A stretch of DNA of 63,629 nt, the filler included, from Reclinomonas americana ATCC 50394 (lineage: Eukaryota): the NCBI GenBank assembly GCA_048213135.1. It is 6 parts of 2 records of this genome, joined end to end, with 100 filler letters (N's around TTAATTAATTAA, not from the genome) between each part and the next. Parts side by side here need not be neighbours in the genome. Positions count along the whole stretch, not along the records: positions 1 to 3,947 come from PS015020.1; positions 4,048 to 18,119 come from PS015020.1; 4 more parts are not named here. One strand, written 5' to 3'. The notes below the pieces were generated by a model. The model ran no database searches and was not told the DNA's origin. It saw only the letters and a list, made by a program, of their open reading frames with translations. Position 1 is the stretch's first letter, and each line of letters starts with the position of its first letter. Position numbers and translations under genes: made by a program. Below are positions 1 to 12,246 of the stretch, piece by piece.

Positions 1-999
1 CATCACTCGCCTCCTCTCTCTCTTTCTCTCTCACTCCCTGTGTGTGAGTGAGTGAGTGTGTATGTGTGTGTCTCAAGACGCAACGAGCATCGACCAATGT
101 TGTTGTCACTGCGACGAGAATGAGCAGGAGAGCAGTGGCGGAGAGCACTGCGCGAGAGGAAAGCATTTTCGTTTTCTTCTTCTCTGTGTATGTGCGTGCG
201 TGTGTGTGTGCGTCTCTCTCTCTCTCTTGTGTTTGTTTGTGTGTGTGTGTCTCTCTCTCTCTCTTTCTCCGCGTGTGGAAGCAGGTGCGAGGGCGGTTGC
301 GAGACGAAATTTGTGTCCGGCTCCATGCCCCCCCAATACATGCAATGCATTATCTGTGTCCAAAAAACACTTCAACCAAATTCGTCGCGCGGCTGTTGTG
401 TGTGGGTATGTGTGCGTGGGAGGCGATGGCGGAGAGGGGTGAGAGTGGGGGTGCAGGTTGGTGGTGGTGCGTGTCGTGGAGACGGGCCGGCTGCAGGAGA
501 GGTGTGAAGAACCGAACATTCGAAATCACCAAATCCAGCAGTGCTGTGCTGGTCTTCGCTCTTCACGTCTTGTTTCGTCCTCGACCATGGCGCATCTATC
601 GATGCTGCAGGTAGGTAGCACCAGATTTCACGGCTTTGCGAGCTGCTTCGCACGGCGCCGGTACCGGTCGCGGCACTCGAATCAAAGGATTCGGGGGAAA
701 TACTTGCACGTGTTGTTGTATAAATCACGTCAACAGTCGTGATGACACAATCATGTTAACAATAGTTGCAAAAGTTCCGGGACCAGTGTGATTCACTCTC
801 GGAGCCAGAGCTTCGAGCAGTCCGGCGCCGCGCGCGAACACTCGGCTCCCCATCGTGTTCCAGTCTGGTCATGCTTTCTTTGCTACACTGCACACGATGG
901 CGATACCACTCCCTCCCCGCCGCCGGCGCGCTCCTCGTAAACGGCACTAACAGCTGCTGACTGCTGACGCGGCAGCAACAAACGTGCTCATAAATTTCA

Positions 1000-3694
1000 T
1001 TACAACTCAATAGTAAACTGTCCACATTTCTCTCTGATTATCCGCATCACGTCAAGCACCTCCTGCGCCGTCGGTCGTTCACGGTGCATACTCATGCAGC
1101 GAATGCCCAGTTCGAACATGGGCTCGGCAATGCGCGGATTCCACTCCACAGCGCGGTCCACCAAGTCCATCACACGCAAAGTGGTTGGCGATTCGTCCCA
1201 CTCCACAGACCACTCGCACGCCGCCCTTGCGGACTTGCCAGTGACCAGCTGAACCAACACCACACCCACGCTGTACACGTCGTGCTTGGGATGTGGACGA
1301 CGCACGCGCATCGCCAGTGGGTCCATGTAGTCTAGTGTGCCGGCAGCGCTCGTCGTCTGCGAGATGAGACACTGTGAGCGAATACAACAGGAGACAGAGA
1401 GAGCTCGAGACTCAATAGAGTAAACAAACCTTGCCATCAGCAATCGACCGCGCAATGCCAAAGTCACCGAGACATGGCTCGAACCGGTGATCGAGCAAAA
1501 CATTAGAGGGCTTGATGTCGCGGTGCACCACTTCATTCTGCAGGGGAGGGTTATGAGGCGACGAACAATACATGGATGCATCATCAAATGGGAAGACTGA
1601 GAAGAGTAGAGAACGGGAGAACAGGAGAGAATGTAAGTGAAGAAATGATCGACAAGGAGAAATTGGAGAAAGAGTGCGAACACGGAGAAAAGTGCGAGGG
1701 AGAAAACAAGATTAAGAAAGGTTTCAACATCGAATTAACCTTGTGCAAGAACGCTACAGCCTCGGACAGTCCGAGACCAATCTGCACACGCTGCAAAACA
1801 GAGAGTGGTGTCCACCCGGCACGCCGTAGCAGCAGCAGATCCTCCAAGTTTGGAACTCTGTGTGCTATCGCAGTGAGGTGATGCAGGAGGACGGGGCGGG
1901 AGAGCGACGGGCACGCACTGCAGGGCCTTGTACACAAGACAGCGTGCCTTGTCGTCGCCCACCGAGTAACCGACGAGAGGCACAAGGCGACGATGACGCA
2001 GGCGCCCGAGGGTAATGATCTGCGAGGTGGGAAAAAGATGAGGAGAGAGAAAGAGGGTAGAGAGGAGAGAGGAAGAGACGCAGACCTCGCTCTCAAACGA
2101 CTCCATCGTCCACGGTGCTTCGGGGTCGAGCACCTTGATGGCCACGTGCATCTCGCGAAGCAGAGTGATAAACACGGCGCCCTGACCACCCTCACCGACC
2201 ACAAGGTCTCGCGAAAAAGAGTTGGTGGCGTGCACGATCTCGAACCACTCGAAGCGCTGCACTGTGGCGTCGGCTGAGAGAGGATAAAGAATATAGCAGT
2301 GATATGTAAGATGCATAAGAATAATAATGACAGCACAGGGAGAGAGAGAATTCATACCTTGGGCAAGGATGAGCTCTTGTTCTAGCTGTGCAATCACTCG
2401 CACGCGATCGTCCGCCAGATTTCGAGCGTAAGCCGCGTCTCTTTCTTGACGTATCCGTTCGAACTCAGCCGCAGCAGCTTCATGCAACCGACGTTGTTCC
2501 TCTTGACGAGCACGCTCAGCTTCACCCTCGGCAAGTAATTGCAGACGGCGAACTTCTTCCTCGTGCTGTCTACGTGTTGCAGCGGCTTCGTCCTGCAGAC
2601 GACGGTTCTCCACTTCTTGCTGCTGGGCTCTTACCGCCACCTCCTGGAGCTGCAGTCGAAGTACCGTAGCTTCATCATGAATCTCACGAGAAACTCGGTG
2701 CGGGAAGGCAAAACTGCGATCAGTTTGCGAGAAAATGTTCCTCACAGAGTGACCGGATCTCTCCATCTCATCCACGACACGTTCCAGCACGACGACCACA
2801 TCGTCCAGTTCAGGCCGATCCTCCGGCTGTTGTGCCCAGCAACGACGTATCAATTCAGCCAGGGCTCTGTACGACAGTCAGATAAAGTGTGCACTGCAAG
2901 AGTTACAGCAAATCTCCAGCATGTCACCTCGGAGTCTCTTCGGGGATATCATCACGCTCGCCTGCTTTCACTGCCACGCGGACTTCGTTATCATCCGCGA
3001 CAGCGGAATATGGGATCTGTATGTCTAAATATGAGTCCAACAGAACGCTGCGAACTTCTTCAGCCACATTGGTGACATACATCGCGAGTTACGCATTCGA
3101 GCATCACCAATGCCAGACCAAACACATCGCTTTTGGGAGTATGTCGCGGGCGCAGTCCGAAAACCTCTGGTGCCATATACCGAACAGACCCGCCGACGCC
3201 AGTGGCAGAGGAAGCCGCTGAGCTCGCTGGTGTTTTTGACCTCGTTTCCGTCTTGGCAACAGCAAGCCCTAAATCGGATATTCTTGGAGCATACAATACA
3301 TGAGTCGTTTTGCACAAGAAAAACACACAACCAGCAATCCACTCACTTGGCACCCTCAGTCAAAGACACCAGAATGTTGGCCGGTTTGACGTCACGGTGT
3401 ACAATACCGTGACGATGGAGATGCGCAAGTCCGCGTGCACCCTGCGCGACCCATAAGAGTAGCTGGTGCAATGGCTGAGAAGTAGGACCGGAGCGACGAA
3501 TGATCGCAGCAAGATCCTGTAGGTGAAATAGGTTGAGTTGTCAACACAGAACCTTGGAGAAGTATGCACGTACTCCTCCATCAGCGTACTCGAGGACCAA
3601 CGACGTCAGCTGACCCACACGACAAACTCCGAAGCATGACAACACGTGCGGATGTGCAATCTGCCGCATCAGGCGACCTTCGTCCTCAATCTCT
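1000..3694 (-). CDS. Tandem protein kinase (5'-partial): TKL-type kinase, coiled coil, then IRAK/RLK-Pelle-like kinase; about 10 exons
   Basis: Spliced translation gives kinase 1 (HPHVL, VLEYADGG, HRDVKPAN, ISDLGLA, YMAPE, KSDVFG, CWAQQPEDRP), an E/Q/R-rich coiled coil, and kinase 2 (RFEWFEIVHATNSFS, GEGGQGAV, VAIK, HRDIKPSNVLLD, GDFGIAR, GTLDYMDP). GT-AG introns keep the frame. The 5' end runs into a (CA)n tract and the scaffold end. Confidence 0.9.
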
Positions 3695-3734
3695 CTGCGA
3701 CAAACACACACCGTGGACAAGGAATGCACGCGTA

Positions 3735-3823
<89 letters not shown>

Positions 3824-3947
3824 CGACGTACTACTACTACTACTACTACTACTACCTACCTACCGACCTACTACGTACGTAACCGTAACCGTACCGTACC
3901 GTACGTACGTTACGTTCGTTTACGTTTACGGACGGTACGGTACGTAC

Positions 3948-4047
3948 NNNNNNNNNNNNNNNNNNNNNNNNNNNNNNNNNNNNNNNNNNNNTTAATTAAT
4001 TAANNNNNNNNNNNNNNNNNNNNNNNNNNNNNNNNNNNNNNNNNNNN
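3948..4047. other. Artificial scaffold linker N44-TTAATTAATTAA-N44 (also 18120-18219, 37378-37477, 55308-55407, 61838-61937)
   Basis: An identical 100-nt pad containing a six-frame stop 12-mer recurs five times. Genes are cut at these points. Confidence 0.97.
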
Positions 4048-4054
4048 TTCTTCT

Positions 4055-4105
<51 letters not shown>

Positions 4106-4167
4106 GCTCCTCGTCTCTCCATCTCCCTTTCCCCATGTGCACACACGCCATCGCAGCAGCACACGCA

Positions 4168-4642
4168 CCTCGCCTTGGCCTTCTTTTCGCCCTTCAACCA
4201 CTCCAGCGGATCAAAATCCGCCGACATACGACGCAGAGCGGACAGGCGATGATGGCACTCGCATTGCAGCGCCTTCGTCATCTCAAACGTGGCCGCCATG
4301 AACCGCACATAGTTCATGCACCTAAAGGCCAGGCAACATAAGCGCGACACAATAAGAACAACACTTGCAATCGAGTCACAGAACTCTGGATTGTCGAGGT
4401 CAAGGACAGCGCGTGACCCCGACCCACTCGCCATGACTGCCTCCGCGCTGCAGCACAGGGGAAAGTAATTTTCTCTGCGCGTTCGGGCATGTCACACACT
4501 TCGGCATTCTCACTCCCCACACAAGCAGCGCACATACCTTGGCCTCTGTGTCGACGAGCGCAGACGCAGTGCCGCTGCGCGAAGCACAGCGACGTGCGCG
4601 AGAGAACAGGGAAAACCCAACGATTAGATTTCCACGATCCAT
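4168..4642 (-). CDS. Unknown protein, 5' exons of a gene truncated by the scaffold end
   Basis: Possible splice path MDRGNLI | RPS (8-nt exon 4538-4545) | AEAVMAS...DLDNPE | CMNYVRFMAATFEMTKALQ...FDPLEWLKGEKKAKAR, then a GTGCGT donor. No family recognised. Confidence 0.4.
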
Positions 4643-4873
4643 TCCGTCGACACCGCATCATTTCCCACTGCTGCATCGTGCAGTCATCGACAAGGTCAGT
4701 CGTCGCTCTCTCACGAGAGTTCCATATGCACACAAGAGAGACACACACCGAGAGACAGAATCCACTTTGTGCACAAAGTGGGGGCGGGCGTCGGTCTTGT
4801 CTCTGTTGATGTGAATGTGCACGTGCACAACTCACACTCACACACTCTCACACATGCGCAGACACCGCGAGCA

Positions 4874-6175
4874 ATGAGGTGGCTCTCCACTGTGCTCTCC
4901 AGATGTACCACGCGATCGAGCTGGCCCACAGGACAACGGCGATGGGCGTCGCGTGATGCAGTTGCTGCACCTGCGCACTTGATTCGCAATCTGGCGATTG
5001 TGGCGCACGTCGATCATGGAAAGGTGACTGAGAGATGAGAGAGAGAGAGAGAGAGAGAGAGCTGCAGGCTGTCTCTCTCCTCCTCCTCCTCCCTCTCCCC
5101 ACTCTCCCCTTTCTTCTTCTCTTTGCCTCTTGTCTCCCTCCCCCTCCCTTCCCTCACTCCTCCCCCCTCCCTCCCTCCCNNNNNNNNNNNNNNNNNNNNA
5201 AGCAGAGGAAAGAGATGACATGGGTTGAAGCTGGAGCAAGTATTCTTCTAGCGCTCGTGCAAAATTCTGTTGTTGCGTGAGAGGGAAGCAATGAGAAGAA
5301 GACGGAGGAAGAGAACAGAAGAGACGAGTCGTTAATCAACGCTGGCGTTCTTATGCTTCTTGTGGTCTGTTGTTGTGTGCGTGAGAGGAAGAGAGGAGAG
5401 GGTAAGGGAGACTTGAGAATGAGAAGATTTGAGAAGAGAATAGATGGGAACGAGAATGAAGTGCTTTTGGATGAGAAGAGAACATGAGAGAGAAGACGGA
5501 CGAGATTACGATCGCAGCCGGCGCTGTGATTTATTTGTATTCCGTGTGTGAGATAGGAGATGAGAAGTGAGGGTCTTGAGAAGAGACAGGCAAGGAGCAT
5601 ACGAAAGAGAAGAGACCAGACAACATGGATTGAAGCCGGCGCTGTTTTACTCTTCGAGTTGCAGTCTGGTGATGTTTGAGTATGTGTGTGGGAGAGAAAA
5701 AGAAAGGAGAGGAACTTGAAATGCGGGAGACTTGAGATGAGAGACACAAGCGAGAGAGAGAGAGACAAGTAGCATGACAAGAAGAGAGATATGAGACAAG
5801 AGATTTCGCCATTGTTGCTGCTTTCGCCAGCCTGTTACAACCCAGTCCTCTCAGCGTCTTTGAAAGAATAGCCTCTCTCTCCCTCCCTCCCTTTCCTCGC
5901 CCTCCCTCCCTCCCTCCCTGACTCTCGCCACACAGATCCGCAACGAAACGCACGGCAGCGCCGTGGTAAACTCGCTCTTCCTGCGCAAGGATCGCCACTG
6001 TGGCGCGCTGGGCACGGAAGGCCGTCGTGGTAAGCTGATTGCCATGGAAGCCGGCAAGACGACGGCATACACCCTGGCGCAGTTGGAGGCGCGCGGCGCA
6101 CTGTGGGTCGGATCGGGCGAGCAGGTCTACAGTGGAATGATTATCGGCGAACACACCCGACCAGGCGATCTGGAG
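4874..6175 (+). CDS. typA: Mitochondrial TypA/BipA translational GTPase (fragmented; middle and C-terminus lost in assembly gaps)
   Basis: Exon 4874-5023 has an Arg/Ser-rich transit-like leader then IRNLAIVAHVDHGK (G1 box). Exon 5936-6175 has the BipA C-terminal signature (RRGKLIAMEAGKTTAYTLAQLEARGALWV..GEQVYSGMIIGEHTRPGDLE). N gaps lie at 5180-5199 and 6236-6255. Confidence 0.9.
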
Positions 6176-6269
6176 GTGCGCTCGAAGAGAGAAGCTCGCC
6201 AGCAACTTGGGGGTTTCCCTCACCGCCCTCCCCCCNNNNNNNNNNNNNNNNNNNNAGAGAGAGAGAGAG

Positions 6270-7811
6270 AGAGAGCACCACCAGTAGGAGCGCGGAAATA
6301 ACAGGAGACCACGCGTTCGTGCATGACGTGTACGTGAGTGATCTCTACTATGCAGCGTCCGTGGTCCGTGGTTGAAAACAAGATACAGTGGTTCATCAAC
6401 ACGCCTCGCCTCAAGGTCAGTGCAAATGCATATGGATGTGGAGATCCAGAGAGAGAGAAAGAGAATGATCACCAACAGAATAACAAGTATCGACATCAAG
6501 TTGAGCCAGAACCGGCAGCCTCATGTGCGGCGTTGACGTTGATTCCTGCAAAAGAAATGCACAAGCAGACTTAGGAGTCAGTCTTTCCGTGTGTACATGC
6601 ACCTCACGTCTCTTGAGATTCAAAATAAAATCACCAGTGTGCCAGACAACAGCCGAGCTCTCGCTGATCGACGTGACGACAATGCGTCCGTCATGCAGGA
6701 TGCCCATCATGCTGAGAATTGGCACCCCTCCAGTGCTCGGGACCAAGGCGACAGGCTCGCCAGACTGCGCATCGTAAATGCACGCGCGCCACTGGGTAGC
6801 CTCTGTTGTGACGCATCGATAACATCATTCGTGTCAATATTTTCGAATTCATGGTCAACAGCAGAACCAGCACTCACGCATAGTCAGGTCGGTCGCGATG
6901 AACCTGAAGTCCGTCGATATAGAGGCGGCCATGCAGATTGCACGGGAGTCACCCTTGCGGCTTAGCAAGGCACCGGCTGCAGAGTAAACGCTAAAGGTTC
7001 CGTCGTTGCGCACCACGACAATGTTCCGGTCTGGCAGAACTGCCATGGCGGGCGTGTTACAGGGCTCGATGTTGATGCGGGAGACAGTCACGTTGCCGGA
7101 GCCTGCAGCCCCCAGGTCGACAATAGTCACCGCACTGCCCATGGCAGTCTGCTGGCCCACAGTAGAGAGCAGCACCGCGCCAAAGGCAATCAGGCTTCCG
7201 TCGGCCGACATCGCCAAGGCGTGCACCACGTACAAATCGCCCGCGGCCGGTCGGGGAAGAGCGGCGGTAGTGTCCGACTCCGGCGCATCTACTTGGATGA
7301 CTCGCACATGTTCTCCGTTGTCCGCACGCCAGACACGAACAGTCTTGTCTTGGCATGCGCTTACAACAAAGCGCCCGTCGGCGGACGCCGCCAGCTTGTT
7401 AATGCGCTCGAACTTGTGCTCTCGACCACTCCACACCAACTTCCCGTCGCCGGTCTCGCCCGCCGCGCGCGGCAAACTCTGCGCAAGGGCGTTGGAGATG
7501 TCCCACACGGCCACCTCGCCATTGTCATGGCCGACCGCCACCAGCGTCTGTTTCGCGGATGGCACAAAAACCGCGGCGCTGATACTTCGTGCAGCACGCA
7601 CACTGCACAACAACGAGAGAGTGTCTGCGTCGAAAACGCGAAAGTGCTCGTCGCTGCTTGCACAGCAGATGAGTTGCTGGTGTCCGTGCGGTGCTTGCAG
7701 CGGCGCTGGTGACACGGTCATGGCCGTCACCTTTCCCTCAATGCCATGAATGACGCCGGCGGTGGTCGCCACATGCACGCGAGCGGAACCTGACGATGAA
7801 CAGCAGCCCAT
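6270..7811 (-). CDS. WD40-repeat protein with N-terminal MGCCSS dual-acylation motif (3' end uncertain, near gap)
   Basis: MGCCSSS start; WD-like blades (GHDNGEVAVWD; SADGRFVVSACQDKTVRVW). The frame continues across GT-AG introns near 6875 and 6602. Confidence 0.75.
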
Positions 7812-7878
7812 TGCTTTGGCGCCGTGACTGAAGAGAGAGAGTCGCCAGGAGCTAAAAATTCATTACAATATTAAGCAA

Positions 7879-9422
7879 TCACTTTTTCACTCTCGCTTTC
7901 CTTCCTGAAGGCTCCGCCCTCTTCTTTGCCTTCGCCTTCTCTTCCACCTTCGCCTTCTCCTCCACCTTCTTCTTCTGTTTCCTCTTTGCAGGCGGTTCTT
8001 CCTCTCGACCTTCCACCTCCTCCTCCTCTTTCCGCGGTCTCTTGGCCTTTTCGAGTCGCTCACGACCAATCTTGCCGAGTCCGCGCTTCGCCAGTGCGTC
8101 GGCATTCAGCCCCCCCACCTGACATACACACACGCCGGTCAGCATCGTAAAGCACCCTCATTCCCGTCACCGCCCACTCACACACACCATATCCGTCCTC
8201 TCCTTGAACTGCGGCAGGCGAGCGGCAAAGAGCACCGCCTGCGCCCATCCCGCATGCGATCCGAAGCGGTCGACAAAGGCCTGTGCCACAGTCGCCATCT
8301 TGCGCTCCGTCAGGCTCTTTGTCGAGTCACTCGAGTGGTCCATGTACAGCGCAAGCGCCAGCTGCCAGACGTGGGTGTCGACAGGCACCTCCGACGGCTG
8401 GTCGAGGGAGTACAAGGCGACGCAGGAGGCCACCTGCTGGCGTGGCAGAGGAGTGAGAAGACATGTACAGTCACTCTCCACACTCTCTCCCTCCCCGCAC
8501 TCGCCTTCCTCCCCACACCCGACAGCACCCGCAGCTGCGCCCTCACATCCTCCGCATCCCTGTTCTCGCGTCGCACACGCATCCAGTACTCCTCCACGCT
8601 CGTGCCCGCCTCGTCGGCCCAGCGACGCAAACACGCCAACGACTCCGCCACGAACTTGGCGCGATACCCGAATCCCAACGAGCGCAGCTCCTCCTCCGTC
8701 GCCGCCTTCTCCATCTGCTCAAACGTGGGGAACGAGTACCACTCGCGCCCATCGTACCGCGCCACAACGTCGCCAAACCGCCGACACAGTGCCTCCACCA
8801 TGCCCGCGATGCGCGACACGTTGTTGTTGGAGGAGCACACAAACGACAGCATGCACTCGAACGGCGCCTGCTGCAGCACACGCACGCCGGGGTAGTGTGG
8901 CGCCAGCAGCGCAAAGTGCGTCGGATCGGCACGACTCCACTGCTCGTAGAGTGGAACGAGTGGCACCGACAACTGAAAGTAGTCGTGCAGGATCGGGAAC
9001 AAGGCAAGTGAGTCCTTGCAATCATCATCATCGTCGCCATGAATGGTGCGGAAGAGCACATCGGTGGCGGTCTGATGCAGCTCCACGAGGTGGTGGAGAA
9101 GGACGCCGACAAAGGAGCACTCTTTGTGTGTGTGATTGAGAATGAGATTGAGGGAGAGAGAGAGAGAGAGAGAGATGCGACACACTGACCAACAACGGAC
9201 GGGTCGCACTGGGTGACCACGGTGGGTGCGTTGGGGCGCACAAAGGTGAAGGGTCGAGTGGGGAGGGGAGCGGGCGACCATCTGTGATGGTGGTGAAGTG
9301 AGAGGAGGAGAAATGCAAGGAGGGAGAGGCAGGGAGACTCACCGAAAGGCTTGCCCGCCGAGAAGAGTGACGTCGAGACGCAACTCGGCGGCGCTGGTGA
9401 GGCACAGCGACACAAGTCGCAT
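7879..9422 (-). CDS. OGG1: 8-oxoguanine DNA glycosylase (HhH-GPD family) with basic C-terminal NLS-like tail
   Basis: ELRLDVTLLGGQAFRW, GVRVLQQAPFECMLSFVCSSNNNVSRI, LRSLGFGYRAKFV, GVGRK|VASCVALYSLD, VPVDTHVWQ, AGWAQAVLF. Contains one GC-AG intron (8434-8504). Confidence 0.95.
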
Positions 9423-10675
9423 GGCAGAGTGATATTGATCGAAGGTGTCGCGATGCTCCGGCGGGACGATGTGCGTCGTGCTACACACGGAGACTCGGCT
9501 GGCGCGTGTTGCTACTGCAGCCACAAGGAGCCTGCATGGGCCCCCTCTATATTGTTACGCTGCGTTTTATCGCCATCGATGTATTCGTGATCTCGAACGC
9601 CTCCCGATCCGGAATGCACAATTGGTTGCGAAAGAAGCAATCAGCAGCCGAGGTTTGTGCGTCACGATGCGCCCAAAGGCCAGTCGCACACCGTGCGCGT
9701 GCAGTCGCCTGTGGTGTTGTGAAGGGCGCAGAGAATGCAGACATACCGTCTTCGCCGCCGGTTCGTGCACGTGAATTGCGTCCGACGACGGAGGCGAAAC
9801 TCGCATCCGCGGACGTGATATGCGTCATTGGGAAGGCGCTCGCTTTTCGCCCGTCGTTGTCCCTCTGCCGTGGATGCGAATCCAAACGAGCGGTGAACGA
9901 ATAATGTTGTGCGCATTGCGCCACACTCTCTTGCACGGCTCCGATATAATGGCAAAAAGCCGCAGACGCGTGCACTCACAGGGAGTCACCCAGTTTACCA
10001 CTCACTCCCACGCATGACTTTCTTTGGGAGCCACTGCTTGCTGTCTGTGGGGATGCGGTGACTGCAATTACAAAGCGAAAAGCCATGTCGCCATTCGGAA
10101 AATCCTGCATCTGCCTGTCTGCACGGCGCCGTCACCTCTCTGCATGGCATGCCGAGTCACACGCACAGCACGCGAGAGTGGTGCACATTCCTGACCCTCC
10201 TTCGGCACTGTCGACGTCATCACGGGCATTCGCATATATCGCACTAGGTCAGAATTTCGAATCTGGATCGATATCGCGTCATAATCGAGACCAGCCGCCA
10301 GCGCTGCGTGCCCTCCACACTGCACTGCACTTCCCCGACGCAGCCTTCCATCCTCTCGCCCTATCCCGCGCCGCCGTATCTCCGCATCTCGCACAAACAG
10401 CAATCATCATCGCAGCGCGTGTTCGAAAAGAGTAACCACCACCACTCAATCAATGCCACTGCTGCAGCTAACTGCGCTAAACTGCTCCAGTGTCGCACTC
10501 GCGCGCGGTGTGTGGGAAAAAAAGGAGAGCACAATGACCGGGCGCATACAGAGTGAGGAGGGAGACGGAGAGGAAGGGTATTTTTTCGAGATGCGGCGAC
10601 GCATCTCGCCAAATCAAGTAAATCGCACAAGTCACTTTCTATCGCACCTTGTGAGCAGAGACCACCTCGATCCAC

Positions 10676-11344
10676 ATGGGCAACGAAGCCAGCTCCTCCT
10701 CACCCTCCTGCGTGATCGCCGGGGCGCCCAACAGCGCACCCGACGCCACCTGGACAGCCTCCGCACTGCCCGGCACACGCTCATCTACCCCCACCACCGA
10801 CTCGGCGGTGCACCAGTCGCCATCACAAAAATGCGACGCTTGCACTCTCGGCCCACAAGTCGCCTTGCCCCCGTGCCCGCGCACTGTGCTGGTCATCATG
10901 TCGTCGCCACCACCATCATCAGCGACAACAACAACAACAACACCGTCGTCCTCGCACCTTCCGCTGCGTTCGGCACTGCTAAAGGTGCTTCCGCGGGCGC
11001 GTCCTTTGGCCGATCGCGTCACGCGCTGGATGAACGACGTGGAGGCTGCGGAGCAAGTCAACGCGCACTGGTACCAGCGCTCCTCCTCGCCCTCATCAAC
11101 GTCGTCCTTGTCTTCCGCCGCCGCCACGAGATCGTCGCCGCCTTCCTCGGCTGCATCGCCACCACCACCACCACCATCGACGGCGGCTTCGCAGTCGTCC
11201 CGCTCGGTGTCGTCGTCGTCGATTGGCTCGCTGTGCCAGTCGATGCTGCAGCGGGCGTTGCTGCAACAGCAGCAGGTGCCGAAAACGGATTCGCTTGCGA
11301 GAAGAGCAGCGGAGACGGAGACCGCCGTCGAATCTGCGCCGTGA
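10676..11344 (+). CDS. Unknown Ser/Pro-rich protein with N-myristoylation-like start (MGNEAS)
   Basis: Intronless 222-aa ORF with an MGxxxS start and coding-like codon use; mostly low complexity, no recognised domain. Confidence 0.45.
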   Translation: MGNEASSSSPSCVIAGAPNSAPDATWTASALPGTRSSTPTTDSAVHQSPSQKCDACTLGPQVALPPCPRTVLVIMSSPPPSSATTTTTTPSSSHLPLRSALLKVLPRARPLADRVTRWMNDVEAAEQVNAHWYQRSSSPSSTSSLSSAAATRSSPPSSAASPPPPPPSTAASQSSRSVSSSSIGSLCQSMLQRALLQQQQVPKTDSLARRAAETETAVESAP

Positions 11345-12246
11345 CTGTGCATGTAGTTGTGTTGTTGTTGTTTAGCGTAATGAATGCAGTCCGTGCTGTT
11401 AGTTTACTTGGCGTCGCCGTCGTCGGAGCACGAGGCCAAAAGAGAGGAGATGCGCACAAAGCGTGTGGCGTCGACTGTGACAATACCTTGGGAATGTGCG
11501 CGCGTGGTGGAAACAAAAGGCGGTCGTGGGTGGCGATGTTTTTCGCAATCACGAGAGGAGAGAGAGAAAAACAATGAGTCTGTGCATGTGACTTGTTCAC
11601 AGCGAGAGCCACGAGTGGTGCAACAAATACCGGACATGTACATAGTCGAATAACGACGCACAGAGCGTGTGGCGTGCAGCGAAGGAGACATTGTGGCGCT
11701 TCTCTCCCTCCACCCCTCCATCACAGCAGCGGTCATAGGTCGCGCCACCCACCGTGAAAGAGATGACGTAGCGCACGCTGTCAACGTTGCATTGCGCAGC
11801 GATCGCGTTGAACGAAGAGGAGAACACAGATCGTGATGCACTCACTAGGAGACGCGACTGCTATCGGCGACGGCCGCAGACGATGCCATACGTGTCCGGA
11901 CGATGCGAAACGTGAGATTGGTGCACAGGATAATGGTTGTGGACACAAAGTTGAAAACGCGAGAGAGATACCGCAGACATACAACAACAACGAAGTGCGT
12001 GCAGACAGTGGCGACAGAGCAGCGATAGAGTACGTGCATGTGCTCTGCTTTCGTCGATATGCGGACACGCAACATCAATTGTGCGACATGAGAAAAGCAT
12101 GCATAATGCATGTATTACCTTTTTCACTCTCACTCTCACTCTCACTCACTCTCTTTCATTTTCGGCGCATTGCACACAGCCGCAAATCAGTTCTCTTCTC
12201 TTCTCTCCTTCTTCTTGCAATCTACTCTTTTCCTTCCTCCCCTCTC

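Noticed and set aside
3948-4047. Recurring TTAATTAATTAA palindrome as a biological element
   Set aside because: Always centred in an identical N pad; it is a six-frame-stop scaffold linker. Gene neighbourhoods across these points are meaningless.
4168-4434. Weak resemblance to an MLKL-like four-helix bundle upstream of the tandem kinase
   Set aside because: Similarity is by eye only, and the segment is on a different scaffold from the kinase.
5024-5935. TypA split or internally deleted gene
   Set aside because: The missing domains coincide with a 20-N gap of unknown true size, so an assembly gap is the simpler explanation.
11404-12145. Short overlapping ORFs between the Ser/Pro-rich gene and CSE1
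   Set aside because: No recognisable motif or consistent splice path; likely UTR or intergenic DNA.
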